NCBI GenBank assembly: GCA_963837955.1
Contig: CAWIPH010000002.1
Coordinates: 1,952,001-2,016,000 of the forward strand
DNA length: 64,000 nucleotides
Origin: an uncultured Verrucomicrobiae bacterium
GTDB taxonomy: Bacteria > Verrucomicrobiota > Verrucomicrobiia > Chthoniobacterales > JAFAMB01
Direction: 5' to 3'
Part shown: piece after piece, positions 20,605-30,953 of the stretch
Layout of the letters: each line of letters begins with the position of its first letter
Position numbering within the stretch: the first letter of the stretch is position 1
Translations under genes and position numbers: made by a program
The notes under the pieces: generated by a model
Told to the model about the DNA's origin: nothing
Databases searched by the model: none
Seen by the model: the letters and a program-made list of their open reading frames with translations, nothing else

Positions 20605-20620
20605 CTACTGACTACTACTA

Positions 20621-20662
20621 ACTGATCACTGAATACTGATTACTGAATACCGATTACTGTTA
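20621..20662 (-). repeat. Heptamer tandem array, inverted partner of 20102-20134
   Basis: ACTGATC ACTGAAT ACTGATT ACTGAAT ACCGATT ACTGTTA; the reverse complement gives CAGTRAT/CAGTATT units. Confidence 0.88.
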
Positions 20663-20673
20663 ACAGTTGGCCT

Positions 20674-21906
20674 ATGCTAATATTTGAAACCGTGGGAATG
20701 GCTTGGCGCGCTTTGGGAGCGAACAAGTTGCGATCGGGTCTTACGACATCCGGCATCACCATCGGCATTTTCTCGGTTATTAGCGTGATGACCACGATTT
20801 CTGCTCTCCAGAATTCTATCGAGACCGGTCTCACCTTTCTCGGCTCCAATATTTTTCAGTTCTCAAAGTGGCCGGCGGGAAATTTTAATACGTTTGGCGA
20901 CGAGCGCTTCAAGAATCGGCGGAATATCGATTATCCAACCTACCTCGAGTTTGCTCGGCTCATGAAGGACACTGTCGATCTTACTGTACCGAAGGTTTTC
21001 GACTTTAGCGTTCAGGCGGTGTACGAAAATAAAAAGACGAATCCGAACCTAACCCTGGGCGGAACTAACCAGGGATTTATTACTTCGAACGACTTCAAGA
21101 TTGCTGATGGCCGCAATCTCTCGTCGGAAGATGTGGAATTTTCCCGGAGCGTTTGTGTGGTGGGTGACCAGGTAGTGAAGCGGCTGTTCGCGGAGGGGGG
21201 TGCAGTCGGCAGAACCATCCGTCTCGATAACCGAACGTATGAAGTGATCGGCACTTTTGCGCCGAAGGGCGGCTCCTTTGGGGGAAGCGACGACAACATG
21301 GTGATCATTCCGATCACCAAATTTTTTGAAAACTACGGCTCCCACGACCGCTCAATCAACATCGCTGTACAATCGCGAAACCAACTCGTTTACGAACGAA
21401 CGATGGGATTCGCAACCGGAGCATTTCGTAAAGCGAGAGAACTCCGACCGGAAGATCCCGACGATTTTGAGACTTACGGCAACGATTCGCTAGCGGCCGC
21501 GTTCCGGAACATCGCCGGAGTAGTACGAGTGGGAGCGTTTGTCATTAGCACGATTGCGTTAGTCGCGGCGGGAATCGGTATTATGAATATTATGCTGGTT
21601 AGCGTCACCGAACGAACCAAAGAGATCGGCATACGCAAGTCGCTGGGAGCGCGCCAGCGAGACATTCGCTTGCAGTTCCTGCTTGAAGCGCTTTTTCTGT
21701 CGTTGCTCGGCGCAATCGCCGGAATCGTTTTAGGTATTCTTGCCGGTGACGTGCTAGCAACGCTTTTGAAAGCCGAGGTTGTCATCCCGTGGGATTGGGC
21801 ACTTGCCGGGGTGCTGGTCTGCTCCGCCATTGGGATTATATTTGGTCTCTACCCCGCACACAAAGCTGCGTCATTGGATCCTATCGAAGCGTTGCGGTTT
21901 GAGTGA
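20674..21906 (+). CDS. MacB/FtsX-type ABC permease (second)
   Basis: ANKLRSGLT, GIMNIMLVSVTERTKEIGIRKSLGA and DPIEALRFE. Confidence 0.94.
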   Translation: MLIFETVGMAWRALGANKLRSGLTTSGITIGIFSVISVMTTISALQNSIETGLTFLGSNIFQFSKWPAGNFNTFGDERFKNRRNIDYPTYLEFARLMKDTVDLTVPKVFDFSVQAVYENKKTNPNLTLGGTNQGFITSNDFKIADGRNLSSEDVEFSRSVCVVGDQVVKRLFAEGGAVGRTIRLDNRTYEVIGTFAPKGGSFGGSDDNMVIIPITKFFENYGSHDRSINIAVQSRNQLVYERTMGFATGAFRKARELRPEDPDDFETYGNDSLAAAFRNIAGVVRVGAFVISTIALVAAGIGIMNIMLVSVTERTKEIGIRKSLGARQRDIRLQFLLEALFLSLLGAIAGIVLGILAGDVLATLLKAEVVIPWDWALAGVLVCSAIGIIFGLYPAHKAASLDPIEALRFE

Positions 21907-22088
21907 GCCGGAGGATAAGGAAGACAGGAGTTGGGAGCCGCGCTGATCGGTGATGTAGGCTGATGCTCCAGCCTCAGCACCCTAAGAGCGGCGCCCAATG
22001 ATTAGTGCATTCGTGGAGCGCCAATCGATATGAGGCGGTTTACTTTCATGACTCGATCGCTTTTAAAGGCATCGAAAATGTCGCTCCG

Positions 22089-23009
22089 CTAATACATATA
22101 GTATACCGGCAAGCTGAAAGTCCCTTGTATGGTTGGTTGCGGCACCCAGGTCCGTCGGACCCAGTTCACGGTATACGTGCAGAGTTCGGTTGGGCCCGTC
22201 TGGTCTAGCACTCGGATGTCGGTGATAGCACCGTTCTGAACGGTAATCGAGAGATATACTCCGGGCGCGCGTCGGAAATTGTTTTTCTCTTCATATGCGC
22301 GCACTGCAGCATGGTATTGCATTGGAAAATTCGGCTTGGGCGAACTTTGGAATATTCCCGCACCCGAACTCTTCCAAGCAGGAGAGGGTATCTTGAAGAA
22401 CATTGGCTGAACGGATGTGCCGCTATATGCGGGGACAAATTTCCAATGTTGTTTGATCCAGGCCTGCACTTCAGCAGAAGTTTGTGGCCATTGATCAGCG
22501 TCTTCTACAGTCACCTCGCTGATAGCGCCTCTGATGGCCGTGATTTTGGCTCTCAACGTAAGGCTTTGCTGCTTAGAGCTCTTCCCCTGCAACTCCTTCC
22601 AAGCGGAATCTGACAGCTTTGGCGCCGGTGCCGAGGAAAGGAAAAGCGACGATGATTGCTTTGAAGTTGTTTGAACGATCTGGAATGAGACTGGCTGTAC
22701 AAGTGTGCCACTAAAAGCTGGAACGAATTTCCAGTGTTGCTTAATCCAGGCTTGAACTTCCGCGGCGGTTTGCGGCCAAAGCGCGGCTTCTTTGACTGTA
22801 ACATCCGTGATCGTACCGTTCCGGGCGGTGATTGCTGCTCTTAATGTAGCCACTTTTGCACCTGTGTGGTTAGCTTGCAGTTCGCCCCAAGCTGCCTGTG
22901 ACAGAATCGGGGGCGGGGCCAAAGAGAGATCCGGGTTGCCTGCCCGAACGGGAATGGCGGACAGCCCAAACAAAAGCAGAGCAGAAATCCGAGGGGCGAA
23001 TTGATTCAC
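22089..23009 (-). CDS. Secreted protein with three tandem TonB-C-terminal-like domains
   Basis: Signal peptide; two near-identical repeats (ITA..G.I..VTV..A..WPQT.AEVQAWIKQHWKFVPA.SGT.VQP..F.I) and a third diverged copy. TonB-C likeness judged by eye. Confidence 0.6.
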   Translation of the reverse strand: MNQFAPRISALLLFGLSAIPVRAGNPDLSLAPPPILSQAAWGELQANHTGAKVATLRAAITARNGTITDVTVKEAALWPQTAAEVQAWIKQHWKFVPAFSGTLVQPVSFQIVQTTSKQSSSLFLSSAPAPKLSDSAWKELQGKSSKQQSLTLRAKITAIRGAISEVTVEDADQWPQTSAEVQAWIKQHWKFVPAYSGTSVQPMFFKIPSPAWKSSGAGIFQSSPKPNFPMQYHAAVRAYEEKNNFRRAPGVYLSITVQNGAITDIRVLDQTGPTELCTYTVNWVRRTWVPQPTIQGTFSLPVYYMY

Positions 23010-23223
23010 AGGGTTCGCTTTTATCTAATTCAGCTAGGGATCGCAACCAAATCCATCGAGGTTGGAAACCTACTCGCGCAAGAGCTGGCACAGCCCTGAG
23101 CGGATGCGAAATGAAAGCGCTATCGAAGAGTCAAGGCCAGCGATTCGTCCATTCGCTGTCGACTGCTAACTGCTCCCGTTTAACTGGGGCTCGGCAGGAG
23201 CCTCGCCCGCCAACTGCGCACCG

Positions 23224-23862
23224 CTAATTACTAATGTCTTCCGGGCACGGCGCATTACTCCAGCCAGAACGGAATGGTTCAACGTGGCCGCGCTCGGGAT
23301 CAAACTTTTGTCGGACCACGCAGCCAGTATCGTTGGCCAGCAAATGGAGACTGATCGATGGCACGGCTGAAATCGTCCGCACGCGATGCACATCGTTGTA
23401 CGGAGGAATGAGCTCGTAGAATTCCCCCTGTTTCAAAATACGCCGCGCGCGGAGTTTTATCGGGATCTCTCGAGACGCTGAGTGATGCCCGCTATCGTCT
23501 TCTGCGACATCGAACTCCTCTTCCTCTTGTTCGCCCTGGTATAGGCCAACTAAACCCCAGGCAAGATGATTGTGTACTGGCGTCACTGCTCCCACCGGAA
23601 CGACGAGGCTGAACAGAGATAAATCCTTGGCTTCTGTTCTATAGAGTAGCCAGGAACCAATTCCGCTTCCCATCGCGCTCTGCAAACTCGGTCGCCGGAA
23701 TTCGTCAGGTAACCAAGTCGGATCGTTCAACAGTTCAGTGTACGGTTGACGCAGATGCCAAAGCCGATCGGAGACTTCGATCTGCTCTTTGAGAATCGTC
23801 TCTACCGTTGCGACGAAGCGATACAAGATCGGATGCTCAACAAAAAATTCTCCCGCCTTCAT
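23224..23862 (-). CDS. Cysteine dioxygenase-family cupin
   Basis: TPVHNHLAWG (two His), DVHRV (third His) and SLH. Confidence 0.8.
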   Translation of the reverse strand: MKAGEFFVEHPILYRFVATVETILKEQIEVSDRLWHLRQPYTELLNDPTWLPDEFRRPSLQSAMGSGIGSWLLYRTEAKDLSLFSLVVPVGAVTPVHNHLAWGLVGLYQGEQEEEEFDVAEDDSGHHSASREIPIKLRARRILKQGEFYELIPPYNDVHRVRTISAVPSISLHLLANDTGCVVRQKFDPERGHVEPFRSGWSNAPCPEDISN

Positions 23863-24003
23863 TGCGATTCAACAGAACGGCCGAAGCCGCGAATTTGCAA
23901 TCGAAAGCGCGCGGCGCGCGGCGTAGACGCGACGGAGGTGATTAGTGAGCGGCGAGCAGTAGGCAGCGAGCGAGAGCCAGGTACGCCGGGAGCCGGATAC
24001 GCC

Positions 24004-24306
24004 GAAGGCGTTAGAGGACTCAGCCCGGGGTGGAGGCTTTGCGTAACCCCGGGTAACCCCAAAAATGCGCGTCCGCTCTGAAAGAGCGTAAGAAGTCTTC
24101 CAGAAATCCCGGTTACGGCAGCAACAATCCGTAGAGGCCGACGCTAGGTAAGAGGATCCAAAAGAACCGTTCATGCCCTCGATGGAATCCGTAATTGAGC
24201 GCCGTTCTGCCAGATGGTCTTACGCTCTTTCAGAGCGGACGCGAATTTTTGCGTTACCCGGGGTTGCGCAAAGCCTCCACCCCGGGCTGAGTCCTTTAAC
24301 GCCTTC
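24004..24306. repeat. Long inverted repeat element (family B, about 90-bp arms, REPIN/MITE-like)
   Basis: GAAGGCGTTAGAGGACTCAGCCCGGGGTGGAGGCTTTGCG...GCTCTGAAAGAGCGTAAGA pairs with TCTTACGCTCTTTCAGAGC...CCCCGGGCTGAGTCCTTTAACGCCTTC. Confidence 0.9.
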
Positions 24307-24531
24307 CGACTTCGCCAACCATTAGCAGTGGTTCGACGTCACGGAAGGGCTTCGTCGGACAGGTCGGCGTATCTGGTGTATCCGACAAGCCGGGCGGTTT
24401 TGTCGTGACGATCGACAATGCAGCGGCACCCCGGGCGTCCGGCTCCCAGCTTACTGCTCACCACACCCCACTGCTTACTAATCACCCAATCACCAATCAC
24501 TTCTCACCAATCACCTTCTCCCCGTCGCCGC

Positions 24532-25464
24532 CTAACGCTGCTCCGCAAGCAGACGGACTTCGCGCCTCATTGTGAAGCGCAGTTCGGGATCGCGCAGATG
24601 AGCAAGCTCTACCAGAGAATGCTGCGCAGCGAGCTTGGCAGCAATTTGGTAGCCGATGAGATAACCCATGCGCGGCGGTCTAGAGCTGGTTGTTCGAAAG
24701 TTAAGGTACTCTGCAGTCTGCGCATCGTCGGTAGATTGCAGATCTATGAGCAATTGCCGGGCAACAGGTTTGACGAACCGGGGGCCGTCTGTAGCGAGCC
24801 GGGGATCGAATAGGATGTCTGACAAGGGAGCGGAAGGATTCAGGAGGCTGCTTACGTAGCAGGCTAGTCCCTCTTGCCAGACCAGCCTGTATAACGGTAC
24901 GTCTTCGGGATTAACTGGAGGTGGGTTGACCTGGAAATGGTAAAGATGGAACAACTCGTGACTAAAGATGACCGCAATCGGCGCGTTCCCACCGTGGAAC
25001 TTGGCCACTCCATCTAGGGCAAGCAACAAACTATCTAAATGATCATGCGGAACTTTCCCGTCGAAACGAAATCGGGAAACGGTGAGGTAGACGGTTGCCC
25101 GTGAAGGATGGAAATCGGGGAAAATGTTGGTGAATTGTTCTTCAATCCCTGAATGAATTGCGGCGAAATGACGTTCAAGTGAGTGAATGGCAAAACTCCG
25201 TCGCTGTAATTCGGCCAAATAGCGCGCGGAATCATCGGAGGTCATATCGGCAACATCCAACCGATTGGCGATCTCGGGACATTCGCTCCGCAAGTAATCA
25301 ACTAATCGGGCTGCTTTTTCCGATGCATTCAAAGAGGAGGAGGTTAGCAGATGAAAGATCTGTGGCCAGCGGTTGCGGACGGAGAGCTGTTCCTCGGCGA
25401 TGCCTGTCAGTTGGGTGCCGATCGACCAGGTGGCAACAGCTAGGATGAGGCAGCGTATCGGCAT
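24532..25464 (-). CDS. Putative secreted Zn-dependent protease (DUF2268-like)
   Basis: HELFH (HExxH), downstream QEGLA and GYLIGY, and an N-terminal signal-like segment. Start inferred. Confidence 0.7.
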   Translation of the reverse strand: MPIRCLILAVATWSIGTQLTGIAEEQLSVRNRWPQIFHLLTSSSLNASEKAARLVDYLRSECPEIANRLDVADMTSDDSARYLAELQRRSFAIHSLERHFAAIHSGIEEQFTNIFPDFHPSRATVYLTVSRFRFDGKVPHDHLDSLLLALDGVAKFHGGNAPIAVIFSHELFHLYHFQVNPPPVNPEDVPLYRLVWQEGLACYVSSLLNPSAPLSDILFDPRLATDGPRFVKPVARQLLIDLQSTDDAQTAEYLNFRTTSSRPPRMGYLIGYQIAAKLAAQHSLVELAHLRDPELRFTMRREVRLLAEQR

Positions 25465-25537
25465 ACCGGTCTTATAGGTAGGTATAGTATCTGACCGTAG
25501 CGCGATGGAGTGGGGTCGAACGATCAAACGATTGACG

Positions 25538-25846
25538 CTATTGACCCGCTTTTAGAACAAGATTCAGCAGACCCGGAAAACGTTTCTCCAGCTCTACGGT
25601 TCGTAGAGAGGTGAGACATTTGGTACCTTCCATGCGGGTATGGATCAATCCAGCGTTTCGCAGCACATCGAAGTGATGCGACCGCGTGGCTTTCGACACG
25701 ACAAGTGAAATTTCGTTGCAGGCAAGTGGTTGCCCATCGGCCTGTAGCAGTGTGCGAACGATCGCGATTCGACCGGGATCGGAAAGCGCGTGCATGACCA
25801 GATCGAGTGAAATCTCTCGCAAGGGGGGATGGGAGTAGGTTTTCAT
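25538..25846 (-). CDS. ArsR/SmtB-family transcriptional regulator
   Basis: HALSDPGRIAIV, SKATRSHHFDVLRNAGLI and RFPGLL. Divergent from the OYE gene. Confidence 0.9.
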   Translation of the reverse strand: MKTYSHPPLREISLDLVMHALSDPGRIAIVRTLLQADGQPLACNEISLVVSKATRSHHFDVLRNAGLIHTRMEGTKCLTSLRTVELEKRFPGLLNLVLKAGQ

Positions 25847-25870
25847 GAAGGGCGAGGTTACTATGCCATG

Positions 25871-25942
25871 AAGTTCGATTAATTTCGAACTTTTGGTTGA
25901 CTTCGATCCATCCGAATCAATAGTTCGATTATCATCGAACTA
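25871..25942. promoter_or_regulatory. Two palindromic operators, likely ArsR sites, in the divergent promoter
   Basis: AAGTTCGA-N6-TCGAACTT (25871-25892) and TAGTTCGA-N6-TCGAACTA (25921-25942), with TTGACT (-35-like) at 25897. Confidence 0.75.
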
Positions 25943-25959
25943 AGTCAGATTTACCTCTT

Positions 25960-27026
25960 ATGATCACACTGCTTGATCCTATTCGCGTTGGTGCCTGGGA
26001 ACTTCCTAGCCGCATTATCATGGCTCCGCTCACCAGGTGCCGGGCCAGCGCGGGGCGAGTGCCCAACGAACTCATGCTAGAATACTATGTGCAACGGGCC
26101 GGCGCCGGTTTGATCATTACGGAAGCTACCTCAATTTCGGCCATGGGGGTAGGTTATCCTGACACTCCGGGTATTTGGTCGGATGATCAGGTCGCCGGAT
26201 GGAAGCGAATCACTCAAGCGGTGCACGACGCTGGTGGGCGGATCATTTCTCAATTGTGGCATGTGGGGCGCGTCTCTGATCCGCTTTACTTGAACAGAGC
26301 ACTACCTCTGGCGCCGAGCGCTATCGCCCCGGAAGGGTATGTCAGCCTGATCCGACCGCAGAAGCGTTTTGTGACGCCGCGAGCCTTGGCTTTGGACGAG
26401 TTACCGGCGATCGTCGTGGAATACAAAAGAGCAGCTGAGAACGCGCTAGCTGCCGGTTTCGATGGTGTAGAGCTGCATGGCGCGAACGGGTATCTGCTCG
26501 ATCAATTCTTGCAGGATTCAAGCAACCACCGGACGGATGCTTACGGCGGGTCAACCGAGAATCGCGCTCGCCTGATGCTGGAAGCGGTGGACGCCGTCAT
26601 CTCGGTTTGGGGTCCGAACCGAGTCGGCTTACATCTGGCGCCGCGTGGTGACGCCCACGGGATGGGTGATTCTGATCCGGCGGCGACTTTTGGCTACGTT
26701 GCCCGCGAAGTCGGAAAGCGCGGAATCGCGTTTATCTGCGCCCGGGAGTCCTTGGCAGAACCGCGGCTCGGTCCTGAACTTAAGAAGGCATTCGGAGGCG
26801 TTTATATTGCGAACGAGGGTTTAACCAAGGAGATGGCCGAACGGGTATTGGCAAATGGCGAGGCGGATGCGGCCGCTTTCGGTCGGCTCTTCATTGCGAA
26901 TCCGGACCTGCCGCGCAGATTCGCCCGTAACCCGGCTTAAATGAGCCGGATATCGCGAGTTTTTACGGCTCAGGCCCTCAGGGTTATGTCGATTATCCTG
27001 TTTTGCAGCTAGAAGAAGCGGCGTAA
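25960..27026 (+). pseudogene. Old Yellow Enzyme / alkene reductase (NemA/XenB-like) with a frameshift near the 3' end
   Basis: MAPLTRCRA, QLWHVGR and HGANGYLLDQF. The reading frame stops at 26940, while the expected tail LNEPDIASFYGSGPQGYVDYP...* continues in another frame to TAA 27024-27026. Confidence 0.8.
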
Positions 27027-27286
27027 GCAGTTCAGCATTTCGACGACCGTTACACGGCTGATCGAATGGGGTTCTTGAATCGCTTAGACCCGCCGAGGTG
27101 GGGACAGGATTAGGATTTAGGAGATCTCCCCAGGCGCCGACGACGGATAGGGATCGGTTTCCAACTGCGCGAGACTTGTCTGCTAGGGATGGATGGACGT
27201 GAAGAGATGCCGTCGTCCGCGCATGCACCCAACATTATGGACTCTCGATTCGGATCGCACTTGTCCGCCAAGAGATTAAGAAGTCG

Positions 27287-27505
27287 ATCCCGGAGGGATG
27301 CGATGAAAGTAGCCCAGCAATTTATTGCTGGGAATTAGACCAAAGACGGCCCGTCCCGGAGGGACGATCGAAACGTCCAGTTATTGGCCTCCAATGTGAC
27401 TTTACCAGCCCGCGTGGTCGATCGTCCCTTGCGGGACGGCCACGTTTTCCTAATCCTGACCTAGCAATAAATTGCTGGGCTACTTTCATTGCATCCCTCC
27501 GGGAT
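27287..27505. repeat. REPIN-like element (family A), intact
   Basis: ATCCCGGAGGGATGCGATGAAAGTAGCCCAGCAATTTATTGCTGGG ... TGCTGGGCTACTTTCATTGCATCCCTCCGGGAT, with inner CGTCCC/GGGACG hairpins. Confidence 0.9.
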
Positions 27506-27666
27506 GACTCCTCCCGGCGTGCGTCCTTGTCCTCGTGCTGACGCGCATGGGCACATCGCCGGACCCTGGCATGGCCAGCCGACGTAGCGCAGGGTCCTAC
27601 TCCCTCCATCCCAACTTTTAGCTCCTAGATTCTGGTTGCCGGACGACTACAGTACGATACCCAATT

Positions 27667-30246
27667 ATGAGGATCGACCGGTTTACCAGCAAAATGCAAG
27701 AGGGTCTCCAGGAAGGGCAATCCCTCGCATCTCAAATGCAGCATCAGGAGTTGACGCCGGAACATTTGCTTCTGGTTCTACTTCGGCAGCAGGACGGACT
27801 AGCCAGGCCGCTTTTAGAAAAACTAAATGTCCGGACTCCGGATATTGAAAGTCAACTTGAACAGGAATTGGCCCGACGCCCGAAAATATCTGGGGGTAAC
27901 ACGGAACAGTACATCAGCGCGGATCTCCGCAACGCCTTGAACCAGGCAGAGTCGGAGATGACGCGGTTAAAGGATGAATTCCTCAGTGTTGAGCATTTAA
28001 TCTTGGGGTTGATCGACTCGCCGAAAACCCCGGCGGGCCGGATTTTGAAAGAGGCGGGTATCAATCGGGATGCTGTTATGAAAGCGCTGCAGGGCCTGCG
28101 CGGTTCGCAGCGGGTAACCGATCAGAACCCGGAGGGCAAATACCAGACACTCGAGAAGTATGGACGCGATCTGACGGAAGCTGCCCGGAAAGGCAAAATT
28201 GATCCGGTAATTGGTCGTGACAACGAAATTCGGCGCGTGATGCAGGTGCTTTCGCGCCGAACTAAAAACAATCCGGTACTGATCGGGGAACCGGGCGTGG
28301 GTAAGACCGCCATCGTCGAAGGGTTAGCCCGTCGAATTGTCAGCGGCGACGTGCCTGATTCGTTGAAGCACAAACGAATTATTGCGCTCGACCTCGGCTC
28401 GATGATTGCCGGAGCGAAATTTCGGGGCGAATTCGAAGATCGGTTGAAGGCATTCCTCAAGGAGGTAACCGATTCGCAAGGGGAGATCATCCTTTTTATC
28501 GACGAGTTGCACACAATTGTCGGAGCAGGAGCGGCGGAGGGGGCGGTGGACGCTTCCAATCTGCTCAAGCCGCAACTGGCGCGAGGCGAGCTGCACACGA
28601 TCGGAGCAACCACGCTGGATGAATATCGCAAGCACATTGAAAAAGATGCTGCGCTCGAGAGACGTTTTCAGCCCGTGATGGTCAACGAGCCGAGTGTGGA
28701 AGATACCATCGCCATTTTGCGGGGCTTGAAGGAGCGTTACGAAGTGCATCACGGTGTCCGAATCCAGGATGCCGCTCTGATCGCCGCCGCAACCCTTAGC
28801 CACCGGTATATCTCCGATCGTTACCTACCAGACAAAGCGGTCGATCTCGTAGACGAAGCGGCTTCCCGGCTCAAGATCGAGCTCGACTCGATGCCGACCG
28901 AGATCGACCAGATTGAGCGGCAGATCATGCAGTTAGAAATGGAGCGCCAGGCGTTGAAGAAAGAAAAGGACGAGGCGAGCCAAAAACGATTAGCCAGACT
29001 GGAGAAAGAGCTTTCGGATCTTAAGGAAACGAGCGCACAGCTCAAAGCCCAATGGCAAAGCGAGAAACAAGTGATTGAGCGTTCTCGCAAACTGCAGGAG
29101 CAGATTGAAAACCTGAAACTCGAATTAGATCAGGCTCAGCGCCGCGGTGAGCTCGGGAAGGCTAGTGAGATCCAATATGGTCGTCTGCCAGAACTGATGA
29201 AGGAACTGGAATCTCACAACAAACGACTGGCAGAGCTGCAGAAGTCGCAACAGATCTTGAAGGAAGAGGTTACCCCGGAGGATATTGCCGAGGTGGTAGC
29301 AAGTTGGACCGGCATTCCGGTAACGCGCCTGCAGGAGAGTCAGCGCGAGAAACTGGTCCATATGGAGGAACGTCTGGCCGAGCGAGTCATCGGACAGAGA
29401 GAAGCGATCAAGGCGGTTTCTAATGCAGTGCGTCGCGCGCGGGCCGGCCTGCAAGATGAAAATCGGCCCATCGGTTCATTCATTTTTCTAGGTCCGACTG
29501 GAGTGGGAAAGACCGAATTGAGCCGCGCCTTAGCCGAGTTCCTGTTCGACGACGAAAACGCGATGATTCGGGTCGATATGAGCGAATACATGGAGAAGCA
29601 CACGGTTGCTCGTTTGATCGGTGCGCCTCCGGGTTATGTCGGTTACGAAGAGGGGGGACAACTGAGCGAAGCGGTCCGACGGAAGCCGTACTGCGTCGTT
29701 CTGTTTGACGAAATCGAGAAAGCGCATCCCGACGTTTTCAACGTGCTACTACAGGTGCTCGATGATGGGCGGATCACCGATGGCCAGGGCAGAACCGTCG
29801 ATTTCAAGAATACGGTCATTATCATGACCAGCAACATCGGCAGCCAATTCATCGTGGATTCGAGCGATCGGGAGGAGAGAAATCGCCGAGTGATGGAAGC
29901 GTTGCGCAGCCATTTTCGTCCTGAGTTTTTAAATCGAGTCGACGAGATAATCATCTTCGATCGTCTGACCGATAAAGAGCTGACTAAGATCGTCGACATT
30001 CAGCTCGCTCGCGTGCTGCGCCGGCTCCAGCAGCAGCATCTCGAATTGAGCCTCAGTGATTCTGCCAAACGACTGCTGGCCGAAGAAGGATATGACCCGG
30101 TGTATGGCGCGCGGCCGCTCAAGCGAGTGGTCCAGCGCCGCATACTGGATCCGTTGAGTCTCGGGTTGTTGGAAGGAAAATTCGGACCCGGCGATCGCAT
30201 TCAAGCCGACGCGGAAAAAGGAGAACTCGTTTTTCACAAGAAGTAA
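27667..30246 (+). CDS. clpB: ATP-dependent chaperone ClpB
   Basis: Two AAA+ domains ([16 protein letters not shown]), coiled-coil middle domain, GAPPGYVGY and YGARPLKR. Confidence 0.97.
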   Translation: MRIDRFTSKMQEGLQEGQSLASQMQHQELTPEHLLLVLLRQQDGLARPLLEKLNVRTPDIESQLEQELARRPKISGGNTEQYISADLRNALNQAESEMTRLKDEFLSVEHLILGLIDSPKTPAGRILKEAGINRDAVMKALQGLRGSQRVTDQNPEGKYQTLEKYGRDLTEAARKGKIDPVIGRDNEIRRVMQVLSRRTKNNPVLIGEPGVGKTAIVEGLARRIVSGDVPDSLKHKRIIALDLGSMIAGAKFRGEFEDRLKAFLKEVTDSQGEIILFIDELHTIVGAGAAEGAVDASNLLKPQLARGELHTIGATTLDEYRKHIEKDAALERRFQPVMVNEPSVEDTIAILRGLKERYEVHHGVRIQDAALIAAATLSHRYISDRYLPDKAVDLVDEAASRLKIELDSMPTEIDQIERQIMQLEMERQALKKEKDEASQKRLARLEKELSDLKETSAQLKAQWQSEKQVIERSRKLQEQIENLKLELDQAQRRGELGKASEIQYGRLPELMKELESHNKRLAELQKSQQILKEEVTPEDIAEVVASWTGIPVTRLQESQREKLVHMEERLAERVIGQREAIKAVSNAVRRARAGLQDENRPIGSFIFLGPTGVGKTELSRALAEFLFDDENAMIRVDMSEYMEKHTVARLIGAPPGYVGYEEGGQLSEAVRRKPYCVVLFDEIEKAHPDVFNVLLQVLDDGRITDGQGRTVDFKNTVIIMTSNIGSQFIVDSSDREERNRRVMEALRSHFRPEFLNRVDEIIIFDRLTDKELTKIVDIQLARVLRRLQQQHLELSLSDSAKRLLAEEGYDPVYGARPLKRVVQRRILDPLSLGLLEGKFGPGDRIQADAEKGELVFHKK

Positions 30247-30249
30247 TTG

Positions 30250-30335
30250 GGGAGGGCGCGCGTCCTCGCGCGCCGTCCTAGCTTCGCCTAGCGATGAACC
30301 CAGACGATGGAGCCAAGATGTCGGCATGATGGGTT
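30250..30335 (+). repeat. GGAG-type REP plus tail (family D)
   Basis: GGGAGGGCGCGCGTCCTCGCGCGCCGTC...GCGATGA..CAGACGAT...GATGTC.GCATGATGGGTT. Similar copy at about 55199-55284. Confidence 0.8.
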
Positions 30336-30668
30336 GCACCGCGATGGGTTGGAATCTTGTTTTGTCGTGAGGCTTTCACCCAATCACTCTTCAGGAATAA
30401 CGCGACGTTCGACCGCATTGACGAGCCGCCGTAAGAAACACGCCAGCGACTAATCCCGCGGGCGGCTCAAACCCGGCGCTACTCACCCAAAGAAGTCGCA
30501 ACACGGTGAGGCGCCGAGGCCGCCTTCGCAGACTACGGCGTGCCCTTAGCCCCGAGGATATGAGAATACAAACGCGTGGCCGCGACGAAGCTTTGCGGAG
30601 TCGGGTTTTCACCCTACCGACGTTGGGCATTATTCGCCCATCGGTTTGTGGAACCCGTATCGAATTGG

Positions 30669-30953
30669 CTACTTCGTACTCTGGTTCCGAATTTTCTCTT
30701 TCCGCGATTCGGACTCTCCCTGCAAACGGCGGAGTTCCGTTGCCAATTGCTTCTGCAGCGGTTCCACTTCGTTGAAGCGTCCAGCCTGAATCTCTTTTTT
30801 GATTTGATCGTTTAAGAGCAGCTCTTTCTCGGCGATTTTCGCTTTGTAGGTAGATTCAATCTCCGCGATTTCCGCTCGCTGTTGGTCGGTCAATGGAACG
30901 ACTGGTGCACCCTTCTGCAGGCGTTCCATCGCGAGTTCGTAAGCCGATTTCAT
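30669..30953 (-). CDS. Small coiled-coil hypothetical protein
   Basis: MKSAYELAMERL... 94-aa charged helical ORF with natural composition. Confidence 0.75.
   Translation of the reverse strand: MKSAYELAMERLQKGAPVVPLTDQQRAEIAEIESTYKAKIAEKELLLNDQIKKEIQAGRFNEVEPLQKQLATELRRLQGESESRKEKIRNQSTK

Noticed and set aside
27600..27666. CIRCE/HrcA operator upstream of clpB
   Set aside because: TTAGCTC is present but there is no matching GAGTGCTAA half-site at 9-bp spacing.
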